Below, piece by piece: positions 58,501 through 64,000 of a stretch of DNA of 64,000 nt (position 1 is its first letter; every line of letters begins with the position of its first letter). The stretch spans positions 30,666-94,665 of the forward strand of contig CAWAGN010000016.1 in NCBI GenBank assembly GCA_963781545.1, read 5' to 3'. The stretch is from an uncultured Actinomycetota bacterium. Its GTDB lineage: Bacteria > Actinomycetota > Actinomycetes > Propionibacteriales > Nocardioidaceae. The notes under the pieces were generated by a model. It did no database searches, was not told where the DNA came from, and was given only the letters and a program-made list of their open reading frames with translations. The position numbers and the translations under genes were made by a program.

Positions 58501-59085
58501 GTGGTCCATCAGCTCGATGAAGAAGTTGCCCCTGCCGAAGATGTCCTGGAAGTCGGCCGCGGCCTGGCGCGCCTTGTCGTACTGCCCGAGGCGGAGCCAG
58601 ACCTGCACCTCGCCCGAGGGACAGCCGGTGGTGCCGATCAGGCCCTGACCGAGCTCGGCGAGGAGCTCGCGGTCGATTCGCGGCTTGTAGAAGAAGCCCT
58701 CGAGCGAGGCCCGGCTGGAGAGCCGGAACAGGTTGTGCATGCCCTGGGTGTTCTCCGCCAGCAGCGTCATGTGCGTGTAGGCGCCCGACCCCGAGACGTC
58801 GTCGTCTCCCCCGTCGCCCCAGCGCACCCGCTTGCGCTCGCCGCGCGGGGTGTTGGGCGTGGCGTAGGCCTCCATGCCGATGATCGGCTTGATGCCGGCC
58901 GCGCGCGCCTTCGACCAGAACTCGTAGGCGCCGAAGACGTTGCCGTGGTCGGTCATCGCGATCGTGTCCATGCCGAGCTCGGCGGTGCGCTCGAACAGGT
59001 CGGTCAACCGGGCCGCGCCGTCGAGCATGGAGTACTCGGTGTGCACGTGGAGGTGTGCGAACCCGTCCCTGGAACCGGTCGACAT
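55555..59085 (-). CDS. dnaE: DNA polymerase III alpha subunit (DnaE1)
   Basis: PHP domain HLHVHTEYSMLDG and TDHG, GRGSGAGS, SMPDFDIDF, KMDFLGL, and a C-terminal OB fold; 1176 aa. Confidence 0.98.
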   Translation of the reverse strand: MSTGSRDGFAHLHVHTEYSMLDGAARLTDLFERTAELGMDTIAMTDHGNVFGAYEFWSKARAAGIKPIIGMEAYATPNTPRGERKRVRWGDGGDDDVSGSGAYTHMTLLAENTQGMHNLFRLSSRASLEGFFYKPRIDRELLAELGQGLIGTTGCPSGEVQVWLRLGQYDKARQAAADFQDIFGRGNFFIELMDHGLSLESRVREGLLRLSKDLGIPVIATNDSHYVRPEDADAHEHLLCVSSGSTMADPKRFKLDGGGYYIKSPAEMREIWRDLPEACDNTLLVAERCEVTFNEDANYMPRFPVPEGETEDTWFVKEVEKGLRYRYPDGIPDAVRARAVFETDVIIGMGFPGYFLVVADFINWAKDNGIRVGPGRGSGAGSMCAYAMRITDLDPLHHGLIFERFLNPDRVSMPDFDIDFDERRRGEVIRYVSEKYGDDRVSMIVTYGTIKAKQAVKDSSRILGYPFAMGDRITKAMPTAVMGKDIPLKELFDSEHKRFGEGGEFRSLYDSDQDVKTVVDTAIGIEGLKRQWGVHAAGVIMSSEPIMDVIPVMKREADGAIITQFDYPTCEKLGLIKMDFLGLRNLTVLDDALINIANNRGEKIVLEELELTDPATYTLLQRGDTLGVFQLDGGPMRALLRSMQPDTFEDISAVGALYRPGPMGADSHNKYARRKTGREPVVPIHPELAEALEDVLGETYGLIVYQEQVMAIAQQLAGYSLGQADILRRAMGKKKKEELDKQFAGFSAGMNDRGYSAAAVKTLWEILVPFSDYAFNKAHSAAYGLVSYWTAFLKANYPAEYMAALLTSVKDDKDKMAIYLNECRRMKIQVLPPDVNESEANFTPVGKDIRFGLTAIRNVGWNVVAQIIESRREKGRFADFADFMGKVPPQVCNKRLIESLVKAGGFDSLGHGRRALVAIHETAVDQYVDIKRNEAIGQDSLFAEMDTVDGEGGWGINVAVPDIPEWDKQTLLGHEREMLGLYVSDHPLMGLEHVLANAADSTIGQLLTDENRRDREQVTIAGLITGVQRKITKRGDAWAIITVEDLEGAIDVLLFPSNYQLASTILLEDTIVVVKGTLNRDKDQPEIHGREVTQPALESAAAGPVAITLPSTRCTPPVVEQLKDVLRTHPGTTEVRLKLMARGGTTVLRLDDRLRVSPSPALYADLKHLLGPGCLG

Positions 59086-59227
59086 GGGGGCCTTCTCAAC
59101 ACCTTCCCGGAGGGTCGTCTGTACGGTGCGGCGAACCGCTGGGGAGACGCGAAGCAGGCGCTCTCCCGGGGGAAGAGACGTCAGCCTACGTCAGTCTGGC
59201 AGGGCCTCCCGACAGGACACGGCGGGT

Positions 59228-59581
59228 TCAGCGCAGGGCGTCGATCAGCTGTTGCTTGGTCTTGCGGGAGAGGCCCTCGAGCCCGCGGGCACGCGCCTCC
59301 GCCCGGAGCCGGGCGACCGTCCAGGAGTCGTCGGGAGCGCCCTCCGCCGGCTCCACGGTCGGTGCCGGGGCGGCGTCGCGCCTGACCCTGGCCAGCCGCT
59401 TCTCCAGCTTGGCCACCCGCTTCTCCAGGGTGGCCACCCGCTTCTCGGCGCCGGCCGCGGCTGCGCGCGACTTCTGCGCCTTCGCCTTCCAGCGGTCGGC
59501 CCTGGCCTCTGCCTTCGCCAGCGCCGCGCGCTGCTTCTTCGACGTGGCGTCGGGCTTGCGGACGGACTTCTTCTTGGCCAT
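59228..59581 (-). CDS. Small basic coiled-coil protein with C-terminal Rho-N/HeH-like motif
   Basis: MAKKKSV, heptad repeat EKRVATLEKRVAKLEKRL, then WTVARLRAEARARGLEGLSRKTKQQLIDAL; GGAGG RBS. Confidence 0.75.
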   Translation of the reverse strand: MAKKKSVRKPDATSKKQRAALAKAEARADRWKAKAQKSRAAAAGAEKRVATLEKRVAKLEKRLARVRRDAAPAPTVEPAEGAPDDSWTVARLRAEARARGLEGLSRKTKQQLIDALR

Positions 59582-59644
59582 GGGACCTCCGTGGTGGGGG
59601 ATCGCCAGCATGCCCGACCGAGGTGAACGAGGGGGTGGGCGGTC

Positions 59645-60604
59645 TCAGAGCCAGTCGATCGAGTGCCCGTGACCGTGCGTCCACGCCACCGGGGAGCCGT
59701 CGCGCGCCAGCACGAACCGGGCGTCGGCGCGCGGCTCCGGCGTCTCGATCCCGGGCACCACTCCCGGGCTCTCGTTGGCGACCCAGTGGCAGCGTCCGGC
59801 GGCGACGTGGGTCCGCATCACGTCCGCGAACCGCCTCTGCTGGTCGTGGTCGAGGTAGGCCACGACCGCGCTGTGGTAGACCACCGGCGTGCCGTGCCGG
59901 GACGCCTCGTCGAGCAGTGCGGGCAGCTCGTCGAGCAGGTCGCCGCGCACCAGGTCGGGCGGGTCGCTGCGAGCCACCTCGATCGCCGACCGCAGCAGGT
60001 CGCGCCGGGCGTCCTGCTCCGGCCAGACCAGGATGGTCAGCCAGTCGGTGTCGTCCGCGTCGGTCACGTCCAGCGGGTGCAGGTCGACGCCGCCGCGCCA
60101 GGCGACCTCAGGGTGTCGGCTCGGCACGGGCAGGGCGCCGCGCGCCGCGCAGGTGAGGGTGGGGCCGCCGCTGCCGAGGAGCTCACCGTGCCGCGGCCAG
60201 CGGTAGTCGTAGCGGTCCGGGTACAGGCACAGACCCGCACTCGCACCGACCTCGACCAGCGCCAGTGGCCCCGCGAAGGCGGCCAGCACCGGGGTCAGCG
60301 TGGCCAGCCGACCGGCCTCGTTGGTCTGGGTCGACCGCGCCCGGATCGTGGCCTTGACGCCCTCGGTGCCGAGCAGCACCGTGCGCAGCGCGTCGTACGA
60401 CGCCGGGGCGGCAGCGCCGTGCCAGCGCGCGGCGGCGAACACCAGGTTGGGCTGCTGCTTGATCCGGGGCAGGTCCGCGAGCCAGGCCTGCACCTCGGCG
60501 TCCTGCGCCACCCCGAGCGCCCAGGCCTCGAAGCACGGGGAGTCCTCGCGCGCGAACGCCGCGAAGTCGCGGTAGCGCTCGGCGATCTCGCCGTACATCT
60601 CCAT
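59645..60604 (-). CDS. DUF2332 family protein
   Basis: QPNLVFAA, TQTNEAGR, LVEVGASAGLCLYPDRY, R.GVDLHP, VWPEQ..R and YHSAVVAYL motifs. Confidence 0.85.
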   Translation of the reverse strand: MEMYGEIAERYRDFAAFAREDSPCFEAWALGVAQDAEVQAWLADLPRIKQQPNLVFAAARWHGAAAPASYDALRTVLLGTEGVKATIRARSTQTNEAGRLATLTPVLAAFAGPLALVEVGASAGLCLYPDRYDYRWPRHGELLGSGGPTLTCAARGALPVPSRHPEVAWRGGVDLHPLDVTDADDTDWLTILVWPEQDARRDLLRSAIEVARSDPPDLVRGDLLDELPALLDEASRHGTPVVYHSAVVAYLDHDQQRRFADVMRTHVAAGRCHWVANESPGVVPGIETPEPRADARFVLARDGSPVAWTHGHGHSIDWL

Positions 60605-60605
60605 C

Positions 60606-60818
60606 TCAGCCTTCGGAGGCCCCGTCGGGCTCGTCGGCATCGCGCAGCCGCTGGTGGAGTCGTTCGCGGATCTCGTCCGGCGTGAGCTCCGCGCGCTGGC
60701 GCTGGTCCCGGGCGATGATGACCCCGGTGGCAGCGACCCCGGCCACGCCCGCAAGACCGAGTAGCTTCCAGGGCAGCTTCCAGGGCAGCTTCCTGGGCAG
60801 CTTCTTGGGCACCTTCAT
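60606..60818 (-). CDS. Small membrane-anchored conserved protein with N-terminal KLP repeats
   Basis: MKVPKKLPRKLPWKLPWKLLGLAGVAGVAATG...TPDEIRERLHQRL; AGGAGG RBS. Confidence 0.72.
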   Translation of the reverse strand: MKVPKKLPRKLPWKLPWKLLGLAGVAGVAATGVIIARDQRQRAELTPDEIRERLHQRLRDADEPDGASEG

Positions 60819-60833
60819 GGGAGGACCTCCTCG

Positions 60834-61442
60834 ATGGACACCAGCCTCAGTCTGGACGACGCCGTCGAGCTCACCCGCACGGGGGACCTGTGGCTGTTCC
60901 GTGGCAGGTCCGGGGCAGACCAGGCGATCCGGGTGCTCACCAACGCGCCGGTCAACCACGTCGGGATGGCCGTGGTCCTCGACGACATGCCGCCCCTGAT
61001 GTGGCACGCGGAGCTCGGCAAGGGGCTGCGCGACGTCTGGACGGACTCCCACCACCGGGGCGTCCAGCTGCACGACCTGCGGGAGGCGGTCGTGCAGTGG
61101 TGCGGGCGCTACGGGCAGCGGGCGTGGCTGCGCCAGCTCGACGCGCCGGTGACCGCGGAGCAGGAGAACGCGGTGCTGCGCACCATCGCCCGGCTCGACG
61201 GGACCCCGTTCCCGCCGACCGCAGCCCTGGCCGCCCGCTGGGCGCGCGGTCGCTTCGCCCACGACGCGGGTGCCGAGGTGACGTACTGCGCCGAGGTGGT
61301 CGCCGCGTCGTACACCGCGATGGGACTGCTCGACGCCGGACTGCCGACCAACTCCTACGACCCGGGCAGCTTCTGGTCGGGAGCCCGGCTCGACCTGCTC
61401 GCGGGAGCCCGACTGGGTGAGGAGATCGCGGTCCGGGTCTGA
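60834..61442 (+). CDS. Permuted papain-like NlpC/P60 (YiiX/YaeF-like) protein
   Basis: RTGDLWLFRG, NHVGM (His first) and later YCAEVVA (Cys): circularly permuted catalytic order. Confidence 0.75.
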   Translation: MDTSLSLDDAVELTRTGDLWLFRGRSGADQAIRVLTNAPVNHVGMAVVLDDMPPLMWHAELGKGLRDVWTDSHHRGVQLHDLREAVVQWCGRYGQRAWLRQLDAPVTAEQENAVLRTIARLDGTPFPPTAALAARWARGRFAHDAGAEVTYCAEVVAASYTAMGLLDAGLPTNSYDPGSFWSGARLDLLAGARLGEEIAVRV

Positions 61443-62614
61443 GCGGCGACCCCTCCCGCCGCGAGCATCCCGACCAGCACCAGGGCAGCGACCCCGCCGA
61501 CGAGGGCGGGCCAACCCCCACCGGACCAGGCGCCGCCGAGCACGGTGCCGAAGATGCTGGAGCCGGCGTAGTAGCCCGCGACGTACAGCGCGCTCGCTCG
61601 GGTGCCGTACGGCGCACCGACGACCGGAGCCCACCCGCTGGCGGTGGCGTGGGCCGCGAAGAAGCCGCCGGTGAAGACGACCAGCCCGACCACCACCCAG
61701 ACCAGCTGGTCGGGCAGCGTCATCGCGAGCCCGGCGGCCATCACCAGCACCGCGGCCAGGATCACCCGCGGTCGGCCCACCGCATCGGCGGCCCGACCGG
61801 CGACCGTCGAGCTGCCGGTGCCGGCCAGGTAGGCCAGGAACACCAGCCCCACCACGGCGACCGGCAGGTCGAACGGCGGCGCGACGAGCCGGTAGCTCAG
61901 GTAGTTGTAGACGGTGACGAAGCCGCCCATCAGCGTCACCGGCACGAGCAGCAGGAACAGCATCGCGGGGCGGCGCAGCAGCTCGCCGAACGCCCCTCCG
62001 GGCCCCGCGGGAGCCACGGAGTCGACGTCGCCGACGGGCGCCGGCAGCAGCCACCAGAACGCCAGCGTCGCGACCAGCGAGCCGGCGGCGACCGCAGCCA
62101 CGCCCCAGCGCCACGACGTGCCGTCGGCGACCAGCGACGCGAGCACCCGGCCACCGACGCCGCCCAGCGAGTTGCCGGCCACGTAGAGCCCCATGGCCGA
62201 GCCGAGCCCGCGTGGCTCGACCTCCGCCCCGACGTGCCCCATCGCGACCGCCACGACCCCGGCCAGCACGACGCCCGTCGCCGCGCGGAGCACCACCAGC
62301 GTCGGGAACGAGGGGGCGACCGCGGCCAGGGCGGTCAGCGCGACCGCGAGCAGCAGGCCGGCCCGCATCGAGCGCACCCGCCCGATGCGGACCGCGAGCG
62401 CCGCCAGCGGGAGCACCGCCAGCGCCAGCGCCCCGGTGGTCGCCGAGACGGTCAGGCTGGCCCGGCTCGGGCCCACGCCGTACTCGGTGCCGATCTGGGG
62501 CAGCAACGGCTGGGTGGCGTAGAGGATGCCGAACGCCGCCAGTCCGGCGAGCACCATCGCCAGGTTCAGGCGGCGGAAGCCCGCGGTCCCCGGCAGGTGC
62601 AGGTCGGCGCTCAC
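61355..62614 (-). CDS. MFS transporter (YnfM-like)
   Basis: GILYATQPLLP, AMGLYVAGNSLGG..GR, F.TVYNYLSYRL and ASALY..GYY.GSS motifs; 12 TMs. Confidence 0.9.
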   Translation of the reverse strand: MSADLHLPGTAGFRRLNLAMVLAGLAAFGILYATQPLLPQIGTEYGVGPSRASLTVSATTGALALAVLPLAALAVRIGRVRSMRAGLLLAVALTALAAVAPSFPTLVVLRAATGVVLAGVVAVAMGHVGAEVEPRGLGSAMGLYVAGNSLGGVGGRVLASLVADGTSWRWGVAAVAAGSLVATLAFWWLLPAPVGDVDSVAPAGPGGAFGELLRRPAMLFLLLVPVTLMGGFVTVYNYLSYRLVAPPFDLPVAVVGLVFLAYLAGTGSSTVAGRAADAVGRPRVILAAVLVMAAGLAMTLPDQLVWVVVGLVVFTGGFFAAHATASGWAPVVGAPYGTRASALYVAGYYAGSSIFGTVLGGAWSGGGWPALVGGVAALVLVGMLAAGGVAAQTRTAISSPSRAPASRSSRAPDQKLPGS

Positions 62615-62732
62615 CGTCCCCACGCTGGCACCGGTACCCGGGCCGGAGCACGGGGATGTGAGAAGCCCGACACGACGCCCGATGGCATGCTGGAGCCTCG
62701 GACGGGCTCGACCACGACCAGGAGGCCGACGC

Positions 62733-63515
62733 ATGACCTCGTCGCCGGACAGCAGCCGTCAGCGCTCACCCCGGGAGTCGTTCATCACCGTCTACGGGCG
62801 CAAGCCGGTGCAGGAGGTGCTGCTCGACAGCCGACTGACCGTCGACAAGCTGATCATCGCCGACAACGCCTCCCGCGCCGCCTTGCGCCACACCCTCCAG
62901 CTCGCGGAAGAGCGCTCGGTGCGCGTCGAGACCTCCTCCGCGCAGCGCGTGAAGTACCTCGCCGGCAACGGCAAGCACGACCAGGGCGTGGTCGCCGACG
63001 TCGTCGCGCCCGGCCTGCGCTCGCTCGAGGAGTTCGCGGCGACCTGCCCGGCCCACGCGAACGTGCTGCTGCTCGACGGCGTCAGCAACCCCGCCAACGT
63101 CGGCATGATCATCAGGACCGCGACCGCCGCCGGCCTGAACGCCGTGGTGCTGCCGAGTGCCGGGTCGCCCGGGCTCGGCCCGCTGGTGATCAAGGCGTCG
63201 GCGGGCATCGCGTTCCGGGCCACGATCGTCCGATGCCGCCGCCCCGGTGACGCGCTGCGGACGCTCGGCGCGGCCGGGTTCACGGCCTACGGTCTCGACG
63301 CATCGGCCACCACCACGTTGTACGACGCAGACCTCGGCGAGCGTAGCCTGTTCGTGCTCGGCAACGAGACCGACGGCCTCTCCGCGTCGAGCCTCGATCT
63401 GCTCGACACCAGGCTGTCGATCCCGATGGCCAACGGGGTCGAGTCCCTCAACGTGGCCAGTGCGGCCGCGGTGATCGCCTTCGAGGTGGCACGCAGGGCT
63501 GCTCGCCGACCCTGA
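62733..63515 (+). CDS. TrmH/SpoU family RNA methyltransferase
   Basis: VYGRKPV, HDQGVVA, LDGVSNPANVGMIIRT, LGNETDG and IPMANGVESLNVA motifs. Confidence 0.92.
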   Translation: MTSSPDSSRQRSPRESFITVYGRKPVQEVLLDSRLTVDKLIIADNASRAALRHTLQLAEERSVRVETSSAQRVKYLAGNGKHDQGVVADVVAPGLRSLEEFAATCPAHANVLLLDGVSNPANVGMIIRTATAAGLNAVVLPSAGSPGLGPLVIKASAGIAFRATIVRCRRPGDALRTLGAAGFTAYGLDASATTTLYDADLGERSLFVLGNETDGLSASSLDLLDTRLSIPMANGVESLNVASAAAVIAFEVARRAARRP

Positions 63516-63596
63516 TCGCTGCAGCAGCGGGTGCTTCGGGTCCGGGCATGCCTGTGGCCCCGCTCACCGGTGGGTGAGCGGGGTGGGGCGGTGTGT

Positions 63597-64000
63597 TCAG
63601 GTGTCGGGTGGCCGGACCGGTGGCCGGTCGTGTGTCTTGTCGTGGCTGACGTCGGTGGTGCCGCGGTGGTCGCGGAGGAACTGGTAGCCGTGGGGTGAGG
63701 TCCACAGGTAGGTGCCGGGTTCGAGGGCGGTGTAGCCCCACCCGGAGTGGTGGGTCTTGAGCCGGTGATGCCTGCGACACAGCGGCGCGAGGTTGTCGCT
63801 GCTGGTGGTGCCGCCCTCGGAGTAGGGGATGACGTGGTCGGTGTCGCAGTGGGCCGCGGGGCGGGTGCACCACGGGAACACACAGGTGAGGTCTCGCTCG
63901 GCGGTCTGGTCGGCGAGCCGGGTGGGGACCTCGTACTGGTCGACGTGGAGGTGCTCGGCCACGTCGACCACCGGCCGGATCACCACCTCGGTCAACGGGG
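63597..64000 (-). CDS. HNH endonuclease C-terminus of a DUF222/13E12-repeat family protein, truncated by window edge
   Basis: RDLTCVFPWC...CDTDHVIPY...NLAPLCRRHHRLKTH..W...WTSP.G motifs. Confidence 0.88.
   Translation of the reverse strand, partial: PLTEVVIRPVVDVAEHLHVDQYEVPTRLADQTAERDLTCVFPWCTRPAAHCDTDHVIPYSEGGTTSSDNLAPLCRRHHRLKTHHSGWGYTALEPGTYLWTSPHGYQFLRDHRGTTDVSHDKTHDRPPVRPPDT

Overview
High-GC actinobacterial chromosome segment; gene content and order suggest Nocardioides or a close relative (inference). It is mostly core metabolism: RNB nuclease, yaaA, the RNaseH-phosphatase/zinc-ribbon/Nif3 operon, two acyl-CoA synthetases, a peroxiredoxin, aceE, the fasR-fabD-fabH-acpP-fabF-accD fatty-acid cluster, a PP2C phosphatase, two CNNM/CBS proteins, deaD, an arsenic-resistance cluster, dnaG, dgt, the hisDCB-H-orf-A-F operon, ybaK, dnaE and an HNH/DUF222 gene at the right edge. 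It also holds tRNA-Val(TAC), tRNA-Ile2(CAT) and tRNA-Asn(GTT), and a compositionally atypical LuxR/GGDEF-EAL/AraC/isochorismatase islet (about 27.5-32.7 kb) full of single-base indels that look like assembly errors. The most striking unexplained structure is a family of about 53-65 bp hairpin repeats, 7 units at 5 loci. At four loci they sit exactly at operon junctions and encode 18-22 aa mini-ORFs (consensus [18 protein letters not shown]). Each mini-ORF start overlaps the upstream stop and its stop overlaps the downstream ATG, like mycobacterial MIRUs. The fifth locus is an apparently leaderless uORF. Other highlights: FabD carries a biotinyl-carrier-like domain whose acceptor Lys is replaced by Arg, one gene has a translationally coupled CTG start, and two divergent genes share a 15-bp double ribosome-binding site. 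No CRISPR array, integrase or prophage was found.
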